Notes: generated from the letters alone by a model not told the origin. Counted from the first letter of the stretch, positions 1 to 8,578 are shown. The stretch: 20,913 bases of DNA from Trueperaceae bacterium (GCA_035703635.1 DASSXV010000031.1:1-20913), one strand, 5' to 3'. Numbers and translations: made by a program.

Positions 1-939
1 GCTCGCGCCCGTGAGGATGAGCAGCACGCTGTCTGCTAGCACGCGCGCGGTGGCGTCCTTCAGTTCCGCCGCGCGTTCGTCCACGCTGCCCGGCCGGGTG
101 CGCGCCAGGCCTTCGGCTAGTTGTGCGCCGTCCAGCTCCCAGCCGAGGCGCTCGGCGAGTTCGCCGCGGTGCTCGGAGAGGTAGAGGTAGAGGTCGGCCT
201 CCGTGCGGTCGGGGAAGTCGAGCAGGAGCCCGTGCGCGCGGATCTCCTCCACGACGGGCAGGTAGACGGTGTCGTAGAAGTGCGTGACGGCCTCCTGCCA
301 CGGCACGGGCCGGCCTAGATCGATGCCCATGTAGTAGCGGTGCACCTTGATGTGCTCGAGCAGCGTCGGGTACTGACCTGGCTCCGTGACGGTCAAGTCG
401 GCGTCCGGTCGCAGCACGTCCAGGTGAGTGGCGTCCAGGAAATCGGCCAGCTCGCTCGCGCGGATGAGGTCGTCCTGGTTCATGTCTGGCGTGAACGGCA
501 CGCGCGTCGCCACGGGAGTGACCCAGGCGTTGATGTGAGTGGCGCCAAGTTGCCGCGCCACTGACACGCGGTGGTTGCCGTCCTTGACGAAGTAGGCGTC
601 GCCGATGCGGTAAAGGTCGACGGGCGGCACGCCCTGAAGGCCGAGCACCGCCAGTTTCACCCCCACCCACCTGCTGCGATCCGAGTCGCGGAGGGGCAGG
701 AACGAGCGGTTGAAGTCCTGGTAACGCCCAACGCTGCCGACGATGGCGTCGAGAGGCACGTCCTCCAACGTCACTCCTGCGCCCTCGACGGCCTTGAGGC
801 GCTTGCGCACCTCGTCGTACTGCAGCAGGCGGTCGCTCTGGCCAGAGACCAGGCCAAGCACGGCGCCGAGGTCGGCGCGGCGCCGCGCGGCCTGGAAGTC
901 CGCGATGGCGCTGTTGGCCGCCGCTGCCCTCTCACTCAT
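1..939 (-). CDS. ParB/Sulfiredoxin-like N-terminal domain protein with DUF4032-like middle region; truncated at the window edge, possibly continuing into a universal-stress-protein domain
   Basis: Manually translated from ATG at 939-937 with no stop before position 1: MSERAAAANSAIADFQAARRRADLGAVLG...VPLDAIVGSVGRYQDFNRSFLP...GVPPVDLYRIGDAYFVKDGNHRVSVARQLG...LLEHIKVHRYYMG...FYDTVYLPVV...FPDRTEADLYLY. The DGNHRV motif is ParB/Srx-like. Absent from the ORF track because the stop lies outside the window. Confidence 0.8.
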   Translation of the reverse strand, partial: MSERAAAANSAIADFQAARRRADLGAVLGLVSGQSDRLLQYDEVRKRLKAVEGAGVTLEDVPLDAIVGSVGRYQDFNRSFLPLRDSDRSRWVGVKLAVLGLQGVPPVDLYRIGDAYFVKDGNHRVSVARQLGATHINAWVTPVATRVPFTPDMNQDDLIRASELADFLDATHLDVLRPDADLTVTEPGQYPTLLEHIKVHRYYMGIDLGRPVPWQEAVTHFYDTVYLPVVEEIRAHGLLLDFPDRTEADLYLYLSEHRGELAERLGWELDGAQLAEGLARTRPGSVDERAAELKDATARVLADSVLLILTGAS

Positions 940-1012
940 GCCGGCATTCTGCCACGCTTGGCCTGTAACCCCGTGAGCGGATCCGCTCCTCACCGGCTGT
1001 TAGCCTCGCCTC

Positions 1013-1729
1013 ATGGTTATCGAGATCTGGTCCGACATCGCTTGCCCCTGGTGCTACATCGGAAAGACGCGCTTCGAAGCGGCATTGCAGCAGTACGAAC
1101 ACAAGGACGCCGTGCAGGTCGTGTGGCGCTCTTACGAACTACAGCCGAACGGCCCCAAGACGAACCCAAAGACAACGGTCGAGAACCTCATGGAGAAGTA
1201 CGGTCGTTCTCACGCTCAGGTCATGGAGATGATGGCCAACGTAACGGAAGTAGCGGCAGGTGAGGGCCTCGAGTACCACCTCGACAAGGCGCTTGCCGCC
1301 AACACCTTCGACGCGCACCGCCTCATCCATCTGGCGAGCGAGCGCGGGCTTGGCCACGCCGCCATGACGCGCTTCATGCAGGCGTATCAGTCGGAGGGCG
1401 AGAACCTGGCCGACGAAGCAACGCTCGTGCGCTTGGCTATCGAGGCAGGGCTTGAGGAGCAGGATGTCAGGCGCGTGCTTGGTAGCGACGAGTACGCGGC
1501 GGCAGTTAGGGCGGACGAGCAGCGCGCACGATCCGTTGGGGTCAACGGCGTGCCGTTCTTCGTCATCGACGAGGCCCACGGCATCTCGGGCGCGCAGCCA
1601 ACGGAGTTCTTCCTCGAGGCGCTGCGCCAACTAGGCCCGAAGACGAAGCCGGTGACGTTGTTGCAACCGGTTGGCGCGTCGGCAGACGGCGCCTGCGCAG
1701 ACGATGGCTGTGAGGTGCCTGGCGCCTGA
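1013..1729 (+). CDS. frnE: DsbA-family (FrnE-type) disulfide oxidoreductase
   Basis: IEIWSDIACPWCYIG active-site CXXC, ANTFDAHRL, GVNGVPFFVI (cis-Pro loop), SGAQP and a C-terminal CADDGC (CX4C) tail. Leaderless promoter TG-t-TAGCCT (1001-1006) sits 6 nt before the ATG. Confidence 0.92.
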   Translation: MVIEIWSDIACPWCYIGKTRFEAALQQYEHKDAVQVVWRSYELQPNGPKTNPKTTVENLMEKYGRSHAQVMEMMANVTEVAAGEGLEYHLDKALAANTFDAHRLIHLASERGLGHAAMTRFMQAYQSEGENLADEATLVRLAIEAGLEEQDVRRVLGSDEYAAAVRADEQRARSVGVNGVPFFVIDEAHGISGAQPTEFFLEALRQLGPKTKPVTLLQPVGASADGACADDGCEVPGA

Positions 1730-1766
1730 ACTATGCCGCTACTGCGGTGCTATAGTGCCCGGCAGC

Positions 1767-1808
1767 ATGGCGCAGCGAATGATGCACTCCAGCCCTGTGA
1801 ACGACTGA
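1767..1808 (+). CDS. Putative metG leader peptide MAQRMMHSSPVND
   Basis: ATG GCG CAG CGA ATG ATG CAC TCC AGC CCT GTG AAC GAC TGA, starting 10 nt after an extended -10 (TG-c-TATAGT, 1748-1756). Contains tandem Met codons and overlaps the antiterminator 5' arm. Confidence 0.65.
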   Translation: MAQRMMHSSPVND

Positions 1809-1829
1809 TCTGCCAGGTCGGTCGAGTCA

Positions 1830-1864
1830 GGGCGCCGTGCAGCTTGAGCGGCGCCTACTTTTTT
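1830..1864 (+). terminator. Intrinsic terminator (attenuator) in the metG leader
   Basis: Stem GGCGCCG (1831-1837)/CGGCGCC (1849-1855) plus a G-U pair, followed by ACTTTTTT. It lies between the putative promoter and the metG RBS. Confidence 0.75.
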
Positions 1865-1925
1865 GGCCCTAAGCGCCGGCCGCCATCAGCGGGTGACCGC
1901 AGCTGCTACTCGGAGGAAACGCGAG

Positions 1926-3971
1926 ATGGATAGCGACACTTTGATCAACCGCCTGGTCGTCGAAGAGCCAGAGACCGACCACTCCCTCGCCGGGGCCGAG
2001 GCCACCGCGGTTGCCGACCCGAACGCTTGGGCGGAGCCCGCGCCAGCGGAAGCGCGCGAGCGCGGCACCTACTACGCCACCACGCCGATCTTCTACGTGA
2101 ACGCCGCCCCGCACATCGGCCATGCGTACACGACCATCCTCGTCGACGTCGTCACGCGCTTCCACCGTTTGAAGGGCGACGACACCTACTTTCTGACGGG
2201 CACGGACGAACACGGCGAGAAGATCCAGAAGGCCGCCGAAGCTCACGGTAAGTCGCCGCAGGAGTACGCCGACGAGGTCAGCGCAGAGTTCCGCTCGACG
2301 TGGGACCGCCTCGGCATCCGCTACGACGACTTCATCCGCACGACGGAGCCGCGTCACCGCCAGGTGGTCGAGAAAGTACTGCAGAACGTGTACGACAAGG
2401 GCGACATCGTCTTCGGCGAGTACTCCGGTCTCTACTGCGTGAAGTGCGAGCGCTACTACACGGAGAAGGAGCTCGTAGACGGCAAGTGCCCGCAGCACGA
2501 GATCGAGTTGGAGTTCCGCACCGAGGCCAACTACTTCTTCCGCATGGAGAAGTACCGCCTGTGGCTGCGCGACCTGCTGACCGAGCAGCCGGACCTCATC
2601 CGGCCCGAGCGCTACCGCAACGAGGTCCTAGCCATGCTGCGCGAACCGATCGGCGACCTCTCCATCAGCCGGCCGCGCAGCCGCGTGCCTTGGGGGATTC
2701 CGCTCCCTTGGGACGACGAGCACGTGACCTACGTGTGGTTCGACGCGCTCATCAACTACTACTCGGCGCTGGAGAGCAAGGGCCTGACGGAGCGCTTCTG
2801 GCCGCACGTCGAGCACTTCATCGCGAAAGACATCGTCAAACCGCACGGCCTGTTCTGGCCGATCATGCTCAAGGCCGCCGGCATTCCAATCTTCAAGCAC
2901 CTGAACGTGCACGGTTACTGGTTGATCGACGACCGCAAGATCAGCAAGTCGCTCGGCAACGCCGTCAAGCCACTGGACTTGCAGCGCAAGTACGGCAACG
3001 ACGCTTTCCGCTACTTCCTCATGCGCGACATGCCGTTCGGCCTCGACTCGAGTTTCAACGAGCTGGCCCTTGCAGAGCGCATCAACGCGGACCTCGCTAA
3101 CGACTTGGGTAACCTGCTCAACCGCACGCTCGGCATGCTCGGCCGTTACCGCGACGGCGTCGTGCCGGCCGCGCGCCAACTCGAGAGCGTAGACCAAGAG
3201 TTGATCGACACCTTCTTGGCTTTGGCTCCGACGGCCACGCGCTACTTCGGTGCGTTGCAGTTCGACCGCGCCCTCGAGAGCGTCATGGACGCGGTGCGCA
3301 AGGCGAACAAGTACATCGCAGACACGAAGCCGTGGGAACTAGCGCGCAGCGAGGAGACGTCAGGGCGGCTCGACACCGTCCTCAACACCTTGATCGAGGC
3401 GTTGCGCTGCGCGAGCATCGTGCTAGACCCGGTCATCCCTGGCAAGGCGCACGAGCTGCGCAAACAGTTAGGCGTGCGCAACGCGCCTTACGACCTGAAC
3501 GCCGCCAGCGAGTGGGGCTTGGTTCCTGCCGGGACCGTCACGCAGCCCGGCGAGCCGCTCTTCCCGCGCATCGACCTAGCCGCGTTGGCGGCCGAGATCG
3601 AGGCTGCAGCTCAGCCGCCCGCCGCACAGCCGCTCGAGCACAAGCCGGAGATTGAGTACGCGGACTTCGGGAAGCTCGAACTGCGCGTGGTGACGGTCGA
3701 GAAGGCCGAGCAGCACCCTAACGCCGACAAGCTCCTGGTGCTCACGGTGCGCATGGGCCCAGAGACGCGCACGATCGTGAGCGGCATCAAGGAGCATTAC
3801 GACCCAGCCGCCCTCGTCGGCAAGCGCCTGGTAGCCGTGGCCAACCTCAAACCAGTCAAGCTCCGCGGCATCGTCAGCCAAGGCATGATCCTCTCGGGCG
3901 AGGGCCCGGACGGCACCCTCGGCCTGATCAGCCCCGAGCGGGATCTGCCTGATGGGAGCGAGGTGCGCTAG
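1926..3971 (+). CDS. metG: Methionine--tRNA ligase with C-terminal tRNA-binding (Trbp111-like) domain
   Basis: YYATTPIFYVNAAPHIGHAY (HIGH), GTDEHG, CVKC...CPQH knuckle, YVWFDAL, KISKSLGN (KMSKS variant) and a C-terminal HPNADKLL...RTIVSGI...NLKPVKLRGIVSQGMIL domain. Start moved to ATG 1926 because GGAGGA lies at 1912-1917. Confidence 0.97.
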   Translation: MDSDTLINRLVVEEPETDHSLAGAEATAVADPNAWAEPAPAEARERGTYYATTPIFYVNAAPHIGHAYTTILVDVVTRFHRLKGDDTYFLTGTDEHGEKIQKAAEAHGKSPQEYADEVSAEFRSTWDRLGIRYDDFIRTTEPRHRQVVEKVLQNVYDKGDIVFGEYSGLYCVKCERYYTEKELVDGKCPQHEIELEFRTEANYFFRMEKYRLWLRDLLTEQPDLIRPERYRNEVLAMLREPIGDLSISRPRSRVPWGIPLPWDDEHVTYVWFDALINYYSALESKGLTERFWPHVEHFIAKDIVKPHGLFWPIMLKAAGIPIFKHLNVHGYWLIDDRKISKSLGNAVKPLDLQRKYGNDAFRYFLMRDMPFGLDSSFNELALAERINADLANDLGNLLNRTLGMLGRYRDGVVPAARQLESVDQELIDTFLALAPTATRYFGALQFDRALESVMDAVRKANKYIADTKPWELARSEETSGRLDTVLNTLIEALRCASIVLDPVIPGKAHELRKQLGVRNAPYDLNAASEWGLVPAGTVTQPGEPLFPRIDLAALAAEIEAAAQPPAAQPLEHKPEIEYADFGKLELRVVTVEKAEQHPNADKLLVLTVRMGPETRTIVSGIKEHYDPAALVGKRLVAVANLKPVKLRGIVSQGMILSGEGPDGTLGLISPERDLPDGSEVR

Positions 3972-4090
3972 GCGGTAAGGCTAGCGCCCAACGCACGACC
4001 GCATGGTCCTAAGCTGGTGGACCGTCTCTTGCCCAAAGGGTCCGCTACTCGTACACGTCGGCACCTTGGCCCTGCCGTTGTTCGGGTGGC

Positions 4091-4972
4091 TCAACGGCGC
4101 GCGGCGGCCCGGTCGTCGAGGCGACCCACGATGACCGGGATGACCTTGCGTAGGTCGTTGCCGAGGAACGCGCCCGGCAGCACGGCGCGCTGCTCGTCGA
4201 AGGCCCTGCCCCCCACGACCAGCACTGGCTCGAACCCGCTCAGCAGCTCGCGGTGTTCAGCCAGTTCGGCGGCCGCTGCGGAGCGCGCTGCGGACAAGAA
4301 CACCGCTTCAGGCCGCAGCGTGCGCACCAGCGCGGCGAGATCTAGCAGCGGCGTGTCTGCGCCTAGGTAGACAGCGTCAAGACCAGCGCGGCGCAGTAGC
4401 AGCGCCACCATCAACGCACCGAGTTCGTGCCGCTCGCCGGGGGCACAACCGACTAGCACCCGCCTCTGCCGCCCCTTCCCTGACATGAGGCCGAGCAATG
4501 CCCGCAATCGCCCTTGTACGAAGTTGGTGGCGAAATGCTCGGTCGAGACCAGTAGCTCGCCAACGTGCCAGCGCTCTCCTAGCTCCACCATGGTTGGCGT
4601 GATGACCTCGAGCAGCACGTCTTCGAGGGTGTGCAGCGCGAACGCTTCGCTCAGAACCAGCTCAGCCCGCGTTTCGTCGAGTCCCGCCAAGGCCTCGACC
4701 AGTTCGGCTGCGAGGTTCGCGCTGGGCCGCAGGCCCCCGCCAAGGCGGCCTTGCTCGCGGACCCTGGCAGCAGCGCGCGACGCCGGCACTCCCTCGGCGA
4801 TCAGGGTGCGCATGGCAGCTATGCGCTGCAGGTCATCGTCATCGTAGAGGCGGTAACCGGAACTCGCGCGCTGCGGCTGGGGGAAGCCGTAACGCCGCTC
4901 CCATTGCCTCAAAGAACTAGCGGGTATCCCCGTTCGCGCTTCGACCTCTGCGACGGTGTACTTGCCAGGCAT
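4091..4972 (-). CDS. carH: MerR-family adenosylcobalamin-dependent photoreceptor repressor (CarH/LitR)
   Basis: N-terminal MerR HTH with RQWERRY, W-x9-EH motif (WHVGELLVSTEH) and B12-binding ExHxxG (GERHELG) in a Rossmann domain. AAGGAGG RBS upstream. Confidence 0.92.
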   Translation of the reverse strand: MPGKYTVAEVEARTGIPASSLRQWERRYGFPQPQRASSGYRLYDDDDLQRIAAMRTLIAEGVPASRAAARVREQGRLGGGLRPSANLAAELVEALAGLDETRAELVLSEAFALHTLEDVLLEVITPTMVELGERWHVGELLVSTEHFATNFVQGRLRALLGLMSGKGRQRRVLVGCAPGERHELGALMVALLLRRAGLDAVYLGADTPLLDLAALVRTLRPEAVFLSAARSAAAAELAEHRELLSGFEPVLVVGGRAFDEQRAVLPGAFLGNDLRKVIPVIVGRLDDRAAARR

Positions 4973-4987
4973 CTCGCCTCCTTGACA

Positions 4988-5031
4988 TTGAACAAACCTT
5001 GTACGGTGCTTGCGGCCAGCTTACAGCACGG
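4988..5031. promoter_or_regulatory. Putative CarH autoregulatory operator (weaker 11-bp repeats) over the carH -10
   Basis: 11-bp phased units at 4988 (TTGAACAAACC), 4999 (TTGTACGGTGC), 5010 and 5021. They overlap a minus-strand TAAGCT -10 candidate (5023-5018). Confidence 0.45.
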
Positions 5032-5058
5032 CGGAGACGCGGAATGTAACGAGGGGGC

Positions 5059-5118
5059 TAGACAACTTGACCAAGCTGTGTATTATGTTTGTCAAGAGCT
5101 TGTAGAACCTTTGTTCAA
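5059..5118 (+). promoter_or_regulatory. Fasciclin-gene promoter overlapped by a CarH-type operator (11-bp direct repeats, TnnACA)
   Basis: TAGACA (5059-5064)-16 nt-TATTAT (5081-5086). TGT-nn-A units at 5090, 5101 and 5112 (minus-strand TTGACA, TCTACA, TGAACA) plus a degenerate one at 5079, with exact 11-bp spacing. Confidence 0.7.
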
Positions 5119-5153
5119 GGCTACAACGTGCTCTGGCAAAGAAAGGTTTCACC

Positions 5154-5663
5154 ATGAAGAAGCTCCTAGCCATGTTGACCCTAGCCGCCCTCCCCGTCGT
5201 CGCCAACGCCCAGACGGCCACGCCCGCCACCGTAGTGGAACTCGCAGCCGGCAACCCCGACTTCTCTACCTTGGTGGCCGCGGTCCAAACCGCCGGCCTG
5301 GTCGATACGTTGTCGGGAGAAGGCCCATTCACCGTGTTCGCGCCCAGCAACGAAGCCTTCGCCGCAGCGCTCAAGGCCCTCGGCATCACTGCGGAGCAGC
5401 TCCTCGCTCGCCCTGACCTCGGCGCGATCCTCACCTACCACGTCATCCCTGGCAAGGTCCTCGCGGCCGACGTCCTAGCGGCTGTCGCAGACGGTGGCGG
5501 CGAGTTCAAGGTGAAGACCGTCAACGGCGCCGACATCACGGTCACCGTCGTCGATGGCATGGTCAAGCTGAACGGCGTAGCCACCGTGACCGCGACCGAC
5601 CTCATGGCCGGCAACGGCGTAGTCCACGTCATCGACGCGGTGCTCCTTCCCCCCACCGAGTAA
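5154..5663 (+). CDS. Secreted fasciclin (FAS1) domain protein
   Basis: Signal peptide ending ANA, DFSTLVAAV, GPFTVFAPSNEAF (H1), ILTYHV and NGVVHVIDAVLLP (H2). GAAAGG RBS. Confidence 0.95.
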   Translation: MKKLLAMLTLAALPVVANAQTATPATVVELAAGNPDFSTLVAAVQTAGLVDTLSGEGPFTVFAPSNEAFAAALKALGITAEQLLARPDLGAILTYHVIPGKVLAADVLAAVADGGGEFKVKTVNGADITVTVVDGMVKLNGVATVTATDLMAGNGVVHVIDAVLLPPTE

Positions 5664-5701
5664 CGACGAAGAGCAGTCCGCCAACTTGAGCCCTCGCTTG
5701 C

Positions 5702-5726
5702 GTGGCCGGTCATCTGGACCGGCCAC
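5702..5726 (+). terminator. Strong hairpin downstream of the fasciclin gene (terminator or RNA-stabilising stem)
   Basis: GTGGCCGGTC-ATCTG-GACCGGCCAC, a perfect 10-bp stem with no U-tract. Confidence 0.5.
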
Positions 5727-5836
5727 TGCTGCGTGGGCCAACCCCACCTGGACCGCGGCGCCTAATCAGCTGCGCCGCCACGGGCCGCGGCTGCAACTTT
5801 ACGCGGCGCTAACGACGGAGAGAGGATGATGGAGGC

Positions 5837-6631
5837 ATGACCGCATACCCAGCGCAGCGGCGTAGGCGCACCAGGTCGCGGGCGGCACGAACCACGCGCA
5901 CCGTGCTGCTCGGGCTAGCCAGCCTGATCGTCGTCATCATCATCGGTTTCGTTGCGTGGGCCGAGACTGGCGTCATGCCAGCCGAAAGCCAACCTCTGGG
6001 GGCTGTGATGACGAACCCCAGGATCACGATCACCGAGAACGGTGCTGCCATCGTCATGGCCCCCCGAGGCCGAGCGTCTGGCGTGGGCCTGGTGTTCATC
6101 CCGGGCGCCAAGGTCGCACCCGCCGCTTACCTCTACAAGCTTTCGGCGGCGGTCGAGGAGGGCGGCCTCACGGTGGTAATCACGAAACCGACTCTCAACC
6201 TAGCCTTCTTCGATTTTAGGCCGCTGAGCAGGTTCACTTCGGAAGCGCCAGGCGTGACGACCTGGTTCGTTGGAGGCCACTCCTTGGGTGGGGTGCGGGC
6301 GTGCCAGTACGCTACCAAACCGCAGGTACGGGGTCTCATCCTCTTCGGGAGTTACTGCGCGAACGATCCCTCGCAACTGGGCCTCACAGCCTTGAGCGTC
6401 AGCGGGAGCGAGGACGGCCTCAGCACGCCGCAGAAGGTCCGTGATGCCGCGCACCTGTTACCGGCCACTGCCACCTTCGTGGAGATCGCAGGTGCCAATC
6501 ACGCGAGCTTCGGCAACTACGGCGGACAAGCCGGCGATGGCCGCGCCAGCGTAAGCGACGAGCACGTCAGAGACGTAATAACGACTCAGGTGTTAGCCGC
6601 GGTGGCGGGCGCGGTGGCAGGCGAGCAGTAG
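5837..6631 (+). CDS. Membrane-anchored alpha/beta hydrolase (putative carboxylesterase)
   Basis: N-terminal TM helix, FIPGAKV oxyanion region, GGHSLGG nucleophile elbow, GSEDG acid and GANHASFG His. GGAGG RBS. Confidence 0.88.
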   Translation: MTAYPAQRRRRTRSRAARTTRTVLLGLASLIVVIIIGFVAWAETGVMPAESQPLGAVMTNPRITITENGAAIVMAPRGRASGVGLVFIPGAKVAPAAYLYKLSAAVEEGGLTVVITKPTLNLAFFDFRPLSRFTSEAPGVTTWFVGGHSLGGVRACQYATKPQVRGLILFGSYCANDPSQLGLTALSVSGSEDGLSTPQKVRDAAHLLPATATFVEIAGANHASFGNYGGQAGDGRASVSDEHVRDVITTQVLAAVAGAVAGEQ

Positions 6632-6752
6632 CTCCCTCTCGTCTGAGGAGAGGCCGGTGATCTCAACCGGTGCGGGCAACACCCGGGATTCCGGCGTGGC
6701 AGCGCCGGGCCCTCCGGGTCTCTACCGGCCTGCGGGCCAAACGAACCCCCCC

Positions 6753-8578
6753 TCAACTAGCCAACACTTCGAGGAACCGCGTGCCGTAGCGCTCGAGCTT
6801 CGTGTCGCCAACGCCCTGCACCGCGTGCAGCGCAGCCAGATTGCTTGGCCGCACGGCCACCATCTCCCGCAACGTCTTGTCGTGAAACACCACGTAGGGC
6901 GGAACGCCCTGCTCCTTGGCGAGCTCGGCGCGCAGCTGGCGCAGCGCCTGGAACAACGCCTCGTCCTCTGGCGTGGAGTCGGCGGGAGCATCTGCCACGG
7001 CCGACACACCGCGCAGCCGCTTAGCGCTGGGCCGCGCTACCTGCCGATCGCGGCGCAAACGCACCTGCTGCTCACCGCGCAGCACGGCGGCGGCGCCCGG
7101 CCCGGCGATCAGCCCACCGAAACCGTCCGGGTCCGGCAATAGTTGGCCGTTAGCCAACAACTGCCGCACCACCGAACGCCAACCGTCGGCGTCGAGCTCG
7201 TCGCCGATGCCGAAGGTGCTCAGGCTCTCGTGATCGAACTTCGCGGTGCGCTCCGTGCGCTTACCGAGCAGCACGTCGATCAAGTGGCCAGCTCCGAAAC
7301 GCTGCCCGGTGCGCATGACGGTTGAGAGGAGCTTCTGGGCGGCGATGGTGCCATCGAACTGAGCGACGGGCTCACGGCAAGTGTCGCAGTTGCCGCACGG
7401 CTCGGCCAACGCTTCACCGAAGTACGCGAGCAGCGACTGGCGGCGGCAACCTGCCGTCTCGCAGTAAGCCAGGAGCGCCTCGAGCCGCTGCCGCTCGACG
7501 CGTTTGAACGCCTCGCTACCCTCCCCCGCCGCCAGCATGCGGCTGATCTGCACCACGTCGGCCAGGCCGTAAGTCATGAAGGCGTCTGACGGTCCGCCGT
7601 CGCGGCCAGCACGGCCCGTCTCCTGGTAGTAACCCTCGAGGCTCTTGGGGAGGTCGAGGTGAGCGACGAAGCGCACGTCGGGCTTGTCGATTCCCATGCC
7701 GAACGCGATGGTGGCGACGACCACCACGCCGTCCTCGCGCAAGAAGCGCTCTTGATTGGTGCGGCGCACGCCAGCGTCGAGGCCGGCGTGATAAGGGATG
7801 GCGTTGACGCCCTTGCTCACGAGCCAAGCGGCAGTGGAGTCAACGCTGCGGCGCGAGAGGCAGTAGACGATGCCAGCGTGCCCAACGTGCTTCGCGCGGT
7901 AGAACGCCAGGAACTGCGCGCGGGCGTCGACCTTCTCGACGACCTGGTAATCGATGTTCGGCCGGTCGAAGCTGGAGATGAAGCGCCGCGCACTCTGCAA
8001 ATGCAGCTTGTCGACGATCTCGCGGCGCGTGGCGGCGTCGGCCGTGGCCGTCAGCGCTATGCGCGGCACTTCCGGGTAGCGCTCCGCCAGCAAGCTCAAC
8101 CCGATGTACTCCGGCCTGAAGTCGTGGCCCCATTGCGAAACGCAGTGCGCCTCGTCGATAGCGAAGAGGCTGACCTGGGCCTGGTCGAGGAGCGATAGGA
8201 AACCTGGGGTGAGCAGGCGCTCGGGCGCTACGTAGATGAGGTCGAGGCGCTCCTCGAGCAGGTCGCGTTCGACGTCACGCGCCTCGCTAGCTTCGAGGCT
8301 GGAGTTGAGGTACGCAGCCTTGACCCCGGCCAGGCGCAAAGCCGTCACCTGGTCGTGCATCAGGGCTATGAGCGGCGACACCACCACCGCCACGCCTGGC
8401 CGCAGCAACGCGGGGATCTGGTAGCAGAGTGACTTGCCGCCGCCGGTGGGCATGAGCACAAGCGCGTCGCCGCCGCCAAGGAGCTGGTCGATGACCTGCT
8501 CCTGTGCGCCGCGGAACTCGTGATAGCCGAAGACCTCGTGCAGGACCCGGCGGGCGTCGGCAACCGTGGGCGCGTCTG

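Noticed and set aside
121-1263. Plus-strand ORFs 121-318, 340-564, 571-1263 and 743-976
   Set aside because: Shadows of the real minus-strand gene at 939 to <1 and of frnE.
1730-1925. T-box or SAM riboswitch upstream of metG
   Set aside because: No T-box GGTGGNACC core or SAM-I ATC-AGAG/GCAACC pattern was seen. The leader-peptide model fits better, but an Rfam search is still needed.
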